A stretch of 64,000 bases of DNA from positions 1,983 to 65,982 of the forward strand of contig CAVEWV010000004.1 in NCBI GenBank assembly GCA_963619535.1, given 5' to 3'. Shown here piece by piece: positions 7,138 through 15,507 of the stretch (within the stretch, counting starts at the first letter, position 1; the number at the start of each line of letters is the position of its first letter). Position numbers and translations under genes: made by a program. The stretch comes from Acutalibacteraceae bacterium (GTDB taxonomy: Bacteria; Actinomycetota; Coriobacteriia; Coriobacteriales; UMGS124). The notes beneath the pieces were generated by a model that was given only the letters and a program-made list of their open reading frames with translations, searched no databases and was not told where the DNA came from.

Positions 7138-8367
7138 ATGAGCAAGCACACTACCGAAGGCACCTTCTCGCACGGCCTTTCGCGGCGCGGTTTCCTCGCC
7201 ACGCTGGGGGCGGCCTGCGCCGCCCTGGGCGCGATGGGGCACGCCTCGCAGCACCCCGGCCAGGCGCTCGCCCAGGCCCAGGAGGCCTCCGGGGACGCCT
7301 CCGCCGACCAGGCCGCGTCGTCGGGCTCGAGCCGCTGGACGAGCGTGCGTGAGGAGCGCGAGCTTTCCGGCTCGGCCGACCCCGTGACCGTGCGCGTGGG
7401 CCTCATCATGGGGCCGCCCTCCATGGGCCTGTCCGAGTTCCTGCTCGACGCGCAGGCCGGCAACACCACCAACGACTTCCAATTCACGCTCAACGGCGTT
7501 GACTACGTGGGCCTTTCGGCCGCCTTCAACCAGGGCGACTACGACATCTGCACGCTGCCCTCCAACATCGGCCCCGTGCTCTACAACAACCGCGAGCTCA
7601 AGAACGAGTACCGCGTCATCTCCGTCAACAACTTGGGCGTTCTCTACGTCATCACCACCGACGTGTCGGTGTCGGGCTTCGACAGCCTGGCCGGGCGCAC
7701 GGTGTACGCCTACGGCGAGGGCGGCACGCCGGAGTACACCATCGAGGCCCTGCTCAAGAAGACGGGCTATGAGGGCTCGTTCAACCTGGAGTTCAAGTCC
7801 ACGCCGTTCGAGATCCTGAACCTGCTCATCGACGCGCCCAACACCGTCGCCATCCTGCCGCAGCCCTTCGTGGCCCTGGCGCAGATGATGCTGGGCGACT
7901 CCCCGCTCTACGTGCCGGTGGACATCACCACCGAGTGGGACAAGGCCTTCGCCGACACGAGCTCGCAGGCCGTGACCACCACCACCATCGTGAACAAGCA
8001 GTTCCTGGAGGAGCACGAGCAGGCCGTGGTGGAGTACCTGCAGCGCGCGGGCAGCTCGGTGGCGTGGAGCCAGCAGAACATGGACGAGGCCGCCAGCCGC
8101 CAGGTGGAGCTGGAGACGTTCCTCAACAACGACGTCGCCGCCGACGCCATGCCCTACATCGACATGGTGAACCTGGTGGGCGAGGAGATGCGCGAGGCCC
8201 TGTCGGGCTTCGTCGACGAGCTCTACGCCGCCAACCCCGACTCCATCGGCGGCGCCATCCCCGGCGAGGACTTCTACTACCTGCCGCCCGCGGGCACCGT
8301 GGAGAGCGTGGGCAGCGCCAAGGCGAAGGCCGCCGACACCGCGTCCGACGCCGGCCAGCAGGGCTAG
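7138..8367 (+). CDS. Tat-signal ABC transporter substrate-binding protein (NitT/TauT / NMT1-like), 409 aa
   Basis: Track ORF 6958..8367, trimmed to ATG 7138 (GGAG 8 nt upstream). LSRRGFLATLGAACAALGA twin-arginine signal. The mature part resembles NMT1/SsuA-type binding proteins and is followed by a cognate permease and ATPase. Confidence 0.7.
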   Translation: MSKHTTEGTFSHGLSRRGFLATLGAACAALGAMGHASQHPGQALAQAQEASGDASADQAASSGSSRWTSVREERELSGSADPVTVRVGLIMGPPSMGLSEFLLDAQAGNTTNDFQFTLNGVDYVGLSAAFNQGDYDICTLPSNIGPVLYNNRELKNEYRVISVNNLGVLYVITTDVSVSGFDSLAGRTVYAYGEGGTPEYTIEALLKKTGYEGSFNLEFKSTPFEILNLLIDAPNTVAILPQPFVALAQMMLGDSPLYVPVDITTEWDKAFADTSSQAVTTTTIVNKQFLEEHEQAVVEYLQRAGSSVAWSQQNMDEAASRQVELETFLNNDVAADAMPYIDMVNLVGEEMREALSGFVDELYAANPDSIGGAIPGEDFYYLPPAGTVESVGSAKAKAADTASDAGQQG

Positions 8368-8374
8368 GCCAGAG

Positions 8375-9445
8375 ATGCAGATCGCCGCGATAGCCGCGCT
8401 CGTGGGCCTGCCCGAGGAGCGCGTGGCGCAGATAACGCAGATGGTGCGCACCCAGGGCATGGCCGACGCCCAGATGGGCTCGATGATGGCCATGGCCAGC
8501 AACAAGGGCATCTCGCGCGAGCAGATCGGCGAGATGCTGGCCTCCATGGGCGTGGGCCGCACCCAGGTGCGCCGCGTCATGCTCCAGCAGGGCCTCATGA
8601 GCGCCGAGGAGGTGGCCGCCGAGGAGGAAGCCGAGCGTGAGGCCCAGGCGCAGCTCGAGCGCCAGGCCCGCGCCGAGAAGGTGCGCGACTGGCTCAAGAA
8701 GGCCGGCGTCATCCTCTTCTGGCTCATCGTGTGGGAGGTGGCCGACCACGTCATCGACAACCGCCTCGTGCTCGCCGGCCCCATCCGCACGCTGCAGGCC
8801 TTGGGCGAGCAGGTGATGAAGAGCGGCTTCTGGGCGATCTGCGCGGCGAGCTTCGTGCGCATCGCGGCGGGCTTCCTGCTGTCGTTCGTGTGCGGGCTGG
8901 GGCTGGCGGTGCTGTCGTACCGTGTGCGTGTGGTGCGCGCCTTCATAGAGCCCATAATCTCGCTTCTGCGCACCATACCCGTGGTGTCGTTCATGATCAT
9001 GCTGCTCATCTGGGTGGGCAACCAGATGCTCACCGTCTACCTGGCGTTTCTCATCGTGCTGCCGCTCATCTACACCAACACGCTCACGGGCCTTGAGAGC
9101 GTGGACAAGCACATGCTGGAGATGGCGCGCACCTTCGGCATGTCCAAGTGGCGCACCTTCATGTACATCTACCGGCCCGCGCTCATGCCCTTCCTCACGA
9201 GCAGCTGCAAGATAAGCCTGGGCATGAGCTGGAAGAGCGGCATCATGGCCGAGGTGCTGGCCACCCCCAAGCCCTCCATCGGCAAGGAGATGAGCACGGC
9301 CCGCACCTTCCTCGACACGCCCGACCTCTTTGCCTGGACGGTCGTGGTGATGATCTTGTCGGTGGTGTTCGAGAAGGCGTTCCTGGCGCTTTTGCGCCGG
9401 GCGGGCAGGCCTTTGGGCGGCGTGCTGGGAAAGCGGGGTGAGTAG
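8375..9445 (+). CDS. ABC transporter permease (NitT/TauT family) with ~100-aa N-terminal extension, 356 aa
   Basis: EAA-loop-like EMARTFGMSKWRTFMYIYRPALMPFL and multiple TM helices from about residue 110. The N-terminal 100 aa are soluble and rich in M, Q and E. Confidence 0.8.
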   Translation: MQIAAIAALVGLPEERVAQITQMVRTQGMADAQMGSMMAMASNKGISREQIGEMLASMGVGRTQVRRVMLQQGLMSAEEVAAEEEAEREAQAQLERQARAEKVRDWLKKAGVILFWLIVWEVADHVIDNRLVLAGPIRTLQALGEQVMKSGFWAICAASFVRIAAGFLLSFVCGLGLAVLSYRVRVVRAFIEPIISLLRTIPVVSFMIMLLIWVGNQMLTVYLAFLIVLPLIYTNTLTGLESVDKHMLEMARTFGMSKWRTFMYIYRPALMPFLTSSCKISLGMSWKSGIMAEVLATPKPSIGKEMSTARTFLDTPDLFAWTVVVMILSVVFEKAFLALLRRAGRPLGGVLGKRGE

Positions 9446-9448
9446 GCC

Positions 9449-10081
9449 ATGAGCTGGGAGATTGCCGGTATGGCCCAGGACGTGCGCGACATCGCGCTCA
9501 AGGGCGTGCGCAAGGCGTACGGCGACAAGACGGTGCTCGACGGGGTGACCCTCACGCTGGAGGCGGGGCGCACGTACTGCCTGATGGCCCCCTCGGGCTC
9601 GGGCAAGACCACGCTTCTACGCGTGCTTTTGGGCCTGGAGGGCATCGACGGCGGCTCCATCGAGGGCGTAGGACGCGGCCGCGTGGCCATGATGTTCCAG
9701 GAGGACCGCCTCTGCGAGGTGCTCACGGCCGTGGAGAACGTGGCGCTCGTGCTGCCCCGCGACGTGCGCCGCGCCGACGTGCGCGCCCTTCTGGAGGAGA
9801 TCTTGCCCCCCGATTGCATGGAGAAGCCCGTCATGCAGCTCTCGGGCGGCATGCGCCGGCGCGTCTCGCTCGTGCGGGCCATGGCCTTCCCGAGCGACGC
9901 CGTGGTGCTCGACGAGCCGTTCACCGGCCTGGACGCGGGCACGCGCCGCACGGTGATCGACTTCGTCCTGCGCCACCGGGCCGGCAGGACCCTGCTCGTG
10001 GCCACGCACGGGCAGGACGACGCGCGCCTTCTGGGCGCGGACACGATAGACCTGGCCGCCCTGCAGGGCTGCGGGGCATAG
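9449..10081 (+). CDS. ABC transporter ATP-binding protein, 210 aa
   Basis: Walker A APSGSGKTT, signature LSGGMRRR, Walker B VVLDEP. Confidence 0.9.
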   Translation: MSWEIAGMAQDVRDIALKGVRKAYGDKTVLDGVTLTLEAGRTYCLMAPSGSGKTTLLRVLLGLEGIDGGSIEGVGRGRVAMMFQEDRLCEVLTAVENVALVLPRDVRRADVRALLEEILPPDCMEKPVMQLSGGMRRRVSLVRAMAFPSDAVVLDEPFTGLDAGTRRTVIDFVLRHRAGRTLLVATHGQDDARLLGADTIDLAALQGCGA

Positions 10082-10093
10082 AGGGGGACTCCC

Positions 10094-10369
10094 ATGATTG
10101 ACGCGAGCAAGACCATGCGCGAGGTGTGCGACGACGAGCCGCTGCTGAGCGGCTTTCTGGTGGCGAAGGGCTTCCCCTTCTCGCTGGACAACCCCATCGT
10201 CGACCTCGTGACGTTCGACGACGTGGTGGAGGTGCAGGAGCTCGACCGCGAGAGGTTCGTCGCCGAGTTCGAGGCGTACAAGGCCGCGGGCGGCGTGCTC
10301 GCAGGCGACGCGGGCACGGTGAGGCTCACCGCCGGGGCCCAGGCCATGGCGGCCTCGGGCGGCATGTAG
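10094..10369 (+). CDS. Small hypothetical protein, possibly DUF1858-like, 91 aa
   Basis: Tightly packed in the operon, 13 nt after the ATPase stop. The N-terminal TMREVCDDEPLLSGFLVAKGFPF weakly recalls DUF1858. Confidence 0.5.
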   Translation: MIDASKTMREVCDDEPLLSGFLVAKGFPFSLDNPIVDLVTFDDVVEVQELDRERFVAEFEAYKAAGGVLAGDAGTVRLTAGAQAMAASGGM

Positions 10370-10436
10370 GGACGGCCGCGCCCCTGAGGGGCGCTTGGGC
10401 GAGCGGTGTTGTTGTGTGACGGACGGAGAGGTGCGC

Positions 10437-13400
10437 ATGTACTACCTGGGAATAGACGTCGGGGCCTCGTCGGTGAAGGTCGCCGCCTTGGACGAGGGCC
10501 GGCAGGTCGTATACACCGAGCGGCTGCCCCATGCCGGCGCCCCTGCGCGAGGCTTGGGGACGCTGCTGGGCAGGCTCGACGCCAAGCTGGGCCTTCAGGC
10601 GTGCGCGGCGTGGGTCGCGTGCGGGTCGGGCGCCGCGCTCATGGGCGACTACCTGGGGCAGGATACCTGCGAAGGCGCCCAGGGCGCAGGGCGCATCCCC
10701 ATCCTGGGCGACGTGCCCGCCGTGACGCGCGGGGCGGCCCTGCTCGCCCCGCAGGCCCGCTCGCTCATCGAGATCGGCGCACAGTCGGCCCGCTACGTCA
10801 CAGGGCTCGACGAGCGCGTGCCGCAGTTCGCGGTGAACGAGAGCTGCGCGGCCGGCACGGGCTCCTTCTTTGAGGACCAGATGATGCGCCTGGGGCTGCC
10901 GCTCGAGGAGTACTCCGACCTCGCGGCGCGCTCCACCAGCGTGCCGCGCCTCTCGGGGCGCTGCGCCGTCTTCGCCAAGACCGACATCATCCACCGCCAG
11001 CAGGAGGGCGTGCCCGTGGAGGACATCCTCCAGGGCCTGTGCCACGCGATGATGAAGGCCTACAAGGCCACCATCGTGCGGTCGCTTCCCGTGAGGCCCC
11101 CTGTAGCCCTGGGCGGCGGCGTGCTGGAGAACGCGGGCGTGGTGCGCGCGGCGCGCGAGGTGTTCGGCCTGGCGGAGGGCGAGCTGCTCGTGAGCGAGAG
11201 CTTCGAGTTCTTCGGGGCGGTGGGCTGCGCCCTGGAGGCGGCCGACGGCGCGCAGGGCGCCTCCGAGCTTGCGGCCGGCCGCGCCCAGACGCTGCTGGAG
11301 CTGCGTGCGGTCCTGCCGGGCGGCGCGGCGGGCGCAGGCGCGGCCGTGCAGCAGGGCGCGACCGCGGATGGCGAGGCCGGCCGTGAGGCGGCCGGCGGGG
11401 CCGACGCCGCCGACGCCGCGCAGCCCGGCTGCTCGGGCGCGCAGTGCGCCGCGCCCGCCGCGGCCGCCGAGCGCCTGACGTACCTGGAGCCGCTCCCGGC
11501 CGAGCCGCTCGACCGCGGCCTGGGCTTCGAGTGCCTGCCCAGGGGAGAGTGGCCGCGCGACGCGCAGGGCGCCACGCCCTGCACCCTCGGCATCGACGTG
11601 GGCTCTACCAGCACGAACCTCGTGTTGGTCGACCTTGAGGGCCGCCTGCTCGACGCGCAGTACCTGCGCACGCGCGGCAACCCCAAGGCGGCCGTCCAGG
11701 AGGGCCTGGCGAGCCTGGAGGCGCGCCTGGGCGGGGCCGTGCGCGTCGTGACCGTAGCGACCACGGGGTCGGGCCGCGCGATGATCGGCGAGTTCGTGGG
11801 GGCCGACATCGTCCGCGACGAGATCACCTGCCAGGCGCGCGGCGCCGTGGCGGCCGACCCGCAGGTCGAGACCGTCTTCGAGATCGGCGGCCAGGACTCC
11901 AAGTACGTGAGCGTGCGCGACGGCCGCGTGGTGGACTTCCAGATGAACAAGGTCTGCGCCGCGGGCACCGGCTCCTTCATCGAGGAGCAGGCCGCGCGCC
12001 TCTCCATCCCGCTGCCCGAGTACGGCGCGCTTGCCTTCTCGGCCCAGGCCCCGGTGGACCTGGGGGAGCGCTGCACGGTGTTCGTGGAGACGGCCATCAA
12101 CGCCGCCCTGGCCGCGGGCGCCACAAAGGCCCAGGTGGCGGCCGGCCTATGCCAATCGGTGGTGCGCAACTACCTGCACAAGGTGGTGGGCACCAAGCCG
12201 GTGGGGCAGCGGATCGTGCTGCAGGGCGGCGTGTGCTACAACCCGGCCCTCGTGGCGGCCTTCAAGCAGTTCTACGGGTCACGCGTCACGCCCAACCCGC
12301 ACTTCGCCGTGTCGGGCGCCTTCGGCGCGGCGCTGCTGGCCCTGGAGCACCTCCGCGCCCAGGGGGCCGACGGCATGCAGAGCGCCTTCAAGGGCTTCGA
12401 CCTGTCGGGCGCGGGCAAGGCGCGCGCCCAGGTGAGCTCCGAGGAGGTCGAGCGCAACCTCGCCTACTTCGCGCGCACCAAGGCCGCCTATGAGCAGGGC
12501 TACACCGGCCAGATCGAGCCGGGCAAGAAGACGGTGGGCATCCCGCGCGCCCTCATGATGCACAAGCTCTTCCCCATGGCCAACGCCTTCTTCAAAGCGC
12601 TGGGCTTCAACGTGCTGCTCTCCAGCGAGTCAGACGAGCAGACCGTGCGCGCCTGCCAGGGCGCGGCCCAGGGCGAGACGTGCTTCCCCTTCAAGTTGCT
12701 CCACGGCCACATGGTGGAGCTCGTGGAGGCCGGGGTGGACTACATCTTCATGCCGCGCATCCACACTGTGCGCCATGTGAAGTCCACGGTGGCGCACAAC
12801 TACGCCTGCCCCTACATGCAGGTGGGCGCCGAGCTGGCCGCCCTGGAGCTCGACTTCAAGGGCCGCGGCATCGAGCTCATCAGCCCGCAGTTCGAGATGG
12901 ACTACGGCCAGAACGCCATCGCCGACTCGCTGCTCGAGATAGGCGAGCGCCTGGGCTTCACCCGCCAGCAGGCGGCCCGCGCCATGCTCAAGGGCGGCTT
13001 TGCGGTCATGAAGTTCACGAAGGTGCTCGAGGACTACGGCGACGAGCTGCTGCGCTCCCTTGCGCCCGGCGAGCGGGCCATCGTGCTCGTGACGCGCAAC
13101 TACAACTTCGAGGACCCCGTTCTCAACTCCGGCATCGCCCGGGCCCTCATCGAGCGCGGCTGCAAGGTGCTCACGGTGAGCCACCTGCACGCTCACTCGC
13201 TGGACATCTCCATGGACTACCCGAGCCTGTACTGGCCCTTCGCCCAGCACGTCATCTCGGGCGCCAAGCTCGTGCGCCGCGACCCGCGCCTCTTCGCCGT
13301 GTACCTCACCAACCACGGCTGCGGCCCCGACGCCATGGTGAGCCACCTGTTCCGCAAGGAGATGGGCGACAAGCCCTACCTGCAGATCGAGATGGACGAG

Positions 13401-15209
13401 CACTACTCCGCCGTGGGCATCGTCACGCGCATCGAGGCGTTCCTGAACGCCATCGAGAGCTACACGGCCCCCGAGGAGCGGCTCATCCCCACCTCGGTGG
13501 AGTTCGTGGACACCGAGCACGTGTCCGCCCAGCCCGGCGTTCCCGCCGTGATGCCCGAGGTGGGGCCGTACGGCGAGCTCGTGGCGGGGTGGCTTGCGGG
13601 CCAGGGCATCGACGTGGAGCTTGCGCGCACCACCGAGGAGACCCTTGAGCTGGGACGTCGCGAGACCACGGCCAAGGAGTACCTCACGTTCGCCGACACC
13701 CTGGGCCTGGCGCTGGCCGCCGCCGAGGGGCGCATGGGCGCGGACGGCGGGCCCGATGCGGCTCGCGCTGAGGGCGGCTCGGCCTACCTCACCGAGCTTG
13801 AGGCGCCTGTCGCGGCGCCCTCCACGCCCGGCGCCTTCCAGCAGGGCAACGACACCGCGGGCGCGCGCATGCAGCTGCTGCTTCCCTCCTCGGAGGGTGC
13901 CGAGGCCGACGGCCAGTACGACCGCGTGATCCGCTCCATCCTCGACGAGCGGGGCCAGCGCGACGTGGCGGTGGTGGCGCCCGACCTGGACAAGCTGCCC
14001 TGCGCCGTGGACGACATCGAGGGCCTGTTCGTGCGCCTGCTCGCCGGCGACGTGGTGCTCGCCGCCCCGCGCGACGCCCGCGAGGCGCTGCAAGGCAGGC
14101 TCGCCCGCGAGCTGGGCGCGTGCGCGGGCACGCAGGACGCGCTGGAGTGCGTGACGCGCGCGGCCCGCGAGGTGGCCGGCAAGCCGCGGGGCGCGGGCAA
14201 GCGCCTGGGACTTGTGGGCGAGTGGCCCGTCGTGTGCGGCGAGCACCTGGTGGGCGGCTGCTGGGCCGATCTGGAGCAGGCGGGCCATACCCTCGTGCGC
14301 ATGCCCCTGGCCGAGTACCTGCTGTTCCTGTGGCGCGACGCCGCCCAGGCCGACGAGCACGAGCGCGTGACCAACGACATCATGCCCATCCTGGGCGAGA
14401 CGGGCGTCGAGGTGACGCCCGGCATGCCCGACTTCACGCGCCGCGACTTCGGCCTGTACACGGCCGGCGTGCAGGTGAGCGCCGACGGCAAGCCCCTTGA
14501 GGACGCCCAGATCGACTTCGCGGGCACGAGGCGTCGCGGTGGCGCGTCCGCGGCGGCCGACAAGCCGGCGGTGGCGGTGGACTTCTCGGCCGGCTTCACG
14601 ACGCAGGCCGACGGGGGCGCCGTGAGCGCGAGCGAGGCTGCGGCGGCCCTGCGGGCCCTGGAGGGCCACTGCGGTGGCCATGCCGAGGGCTGCGAGGGCG
14701 CGGGGGAGTGCGGCCAGCACGGCGCAGGCTGCGGGGTGGATGCCGTCTCGGGTGCCTCGCTTGCGCACATCATCGGCCCCGACGGCATGCCCCAAAGCGC
14801 CCATGAGCCCAAGCGCCCGCGCCTGCTCGCCTATCCTCACGTGCTCGACAAAGCCGCCTACGAGGAGCTTTTCGGCCGGCTGGAGGAGATGATGGCCCAG
14901 GTGGCGCAGGCACTTGGGGCCGCGAGCGCCTTCGAGCCCGACCAGACGGCTCTGCGCGACAGCGCCACGGGGCTCATCGGCCAGTTCCGCGGGGCCAACG
15001 CGCGCTACCGTTACGCGAAGGCTGTGGCGCTCCATGGCCGCTGCGACGGCGTGATCGAGGCGGCCTCGATGTACGAGAACGTCGACACGGTCCTGCGCCT
15101 GCACGAGCAGGAGCTCTCGTTGAGCCCGGCTATCCTGCACCTCAACTTCGACGGCACGCTCGACGCCGGCCCCGTCGAGAAGCTGCGGACGTTCCTGTAT
15201 TACCTGTAA
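10437..15209 (+). CDS. Fused double BadF/BadG/BcrA/BcrD-type ATPase (acyl-CoA dehydratase activase-related) with dehydratase-like C-terminal regions, 1590 aa
   Basis: Track ORF 10395..15209, started at ATG 10437 (GGAGAGG upstream). Two activase modules (YYLGIDVGASSVKV...CAAGTGSFFEDQ and LGIDVGSTSTNLVLV...CAAGTGSFIEEQ). DUF2229-like region ending HYSAVGIVTRIEAFLNAI. About 585 further residues with Ala/Gly-rich linkers and a Cys/His cluster. Confidence 0.8.
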   Translation: MYYLGIDVGASSVKVAALDEGRQVVYTERLPHAGAPARGLGTLLGRLDAKLGLQACAAWVACGSGAALMGDYLGQDTCEGAQGAGRIPILGDVPAVTRGAALLAPQARSLIEIGAQSARYVTGLDERVPQFAVNESCAAGTGSFFEDQMMRLGLPLEEYSDLAARSTSVPRLSGRCAVFAKTDIIHRQQEGVPVEDILQGLCHAMMKAYKATIVRSLPVRPPVALGGGVLENAGVVRAAREVFGLAEGELLVSESFEFFGAVGCALEAADGAQGASELAAGRAQTLLELRAVLPGGAAGAGAAVQQGATADGEAGREAAGGADAADAAQPGCSGAQCAAPAAAAERLTYLEPLPAEPLDRGLGFECLPRGEWPRDAQGATPCTLGIDVGSTSTNLVLVDLEGRLLDAQYLRTRGNPKAAVQEGLASLEARLGGAVRVVTVATTGSGRAMIGEFVGADIVRDEITCQARGAVAADPQVETVFEIGGQDSKYVSVRDGRVVDFQMNKVCAAGTGSFIEEQAARLSIPLPEYGALAFSAQAPVDLGERCTVFVETAINAALAAGATKAQVAAGLCQSVVRNYLHKVVGTKPVGQRIVLQGGVCYNPALVAAFKQFYGSRVTPNPHFAVSGAFGAALLALEHLRAQGADGMQSAFKGFDLSGAGKARAQVSSEEVERNLAYFARTKAAYEQGYTGQIEPGKKTVGIPRALMMHKLFPMANAFFKALGFNVLLSSESDEQTVRACQGAAQGETCFPFKLLHGHMVELVEAGVDYIFMPRIHTVRHVKSTVAHNYACPYMQVGAELAALELDFKGRGIELISPQFEMDYGQNAIADSLLEIGERLGFTRQQAARAMLKGGFAVMKFTKVLEDYGDELLRSLAPGERAIVLVTRNYNFEDPVLNSGIARALIERGCKVLTVSHLHAHSLDISMDYPSLYWPFAQHVISGAKLVRRDPRLFAVYLTNHGCGPDAMVSHLFRKEMGDKPYLQIEMDEHYSAVGIVTRIEAFLNAIESYTAPEERLIPTSVEFVDTEHVSAQPGVPAVMPEVGPYGELVAGWLAGQGIDVELARTTEETLELGRRETTAKEYLTFADTLGLALAAAEGRMGADGGPDAARAEGGSAYLTELEAPVAAPSTPGAFQQGNDTAGARMQLLLPSSEGAEADGQYDRVIRSILDERGQRDVAVVAPDLDKLPCAVDDIEGLFVRLLAGDVVLAAPRDAREALQGRLARELGACAGTQDALECVTRAAREVAGKPRGAGKRLGLVGEWPVVCGEHLVGGCWADLEQAGHTLVRMPLAEYLLFLWRDAAQADEHERVTNDIMPILGETGVEVTPGMPDFTRRDFGLYTAGVQVSADGKPLEDAQIDFAGTRRRGGASAAADKPAVAVDFSAGFTTQADGGAVSASEAAAALRALEGHCGGHAEGCEGAGECGQHGAGCGVDAVSGASLAHIIGPDGMPQSAHEPKRPRLLAYPHVLDKAAYEELFGRLEEMMAQVAQALGAASAFEPDQTALRDSATGLIGQFRGANARYRYAKAVALHGRCDGVIEAASMYENVDTVLRLHEQELSLSPAILHLNFDGTLDAGPVEKLRTFLYYL

Positions 15210-15261
15210 GGCCCTCGGCCCGTCATCGTTCGAAGATCGGCCTTCTCAGAGGCGTTTTTGA

Positions 15262-15313
15262 CCCGCCGTGCGCAACTCGCTGCAAAGCATGTTGCGCACG
15301 GCGGGCTTTTTTG
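15262..15313 (+). terminator. Rho-independent terminator of the ABC/activase operon
   Basis: 15-bp stem CCCGCCGTGCGCAAC / GTTGCGCACGGCGGG followed by CTTTTTTG. Confidence 0.8.
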
Positions 15314-15437
15314 TGACGCGCAGGCCCCGAATTGCGTCTCCTACCCTGGAGCTCTTGCTCCACAGCCTTGCGGAAAGTGTTGAAGTGTCGGGACGCCCGA
15401 TGTCGTTCGACAATTCCGCAGCCAGGCCTGGTGTGAG

Positions 15438-15446
15438 TGCTACAAT
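15438..15446 (+). promoter_or_regulatory. Putative extended -10 element for the giant adhesin gene
   Basis: TGcTACAAT lies 62 nt upstream of ATG 15508. No convincing -35 element. Confidence 0.35.
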
Positions 15447-15507
15447 TACAGTTTACATTGGCAGGAGTCTGCACTTAGTCGGGTGCAGGGGGAGAAAGGA
15501 CTGTTCT

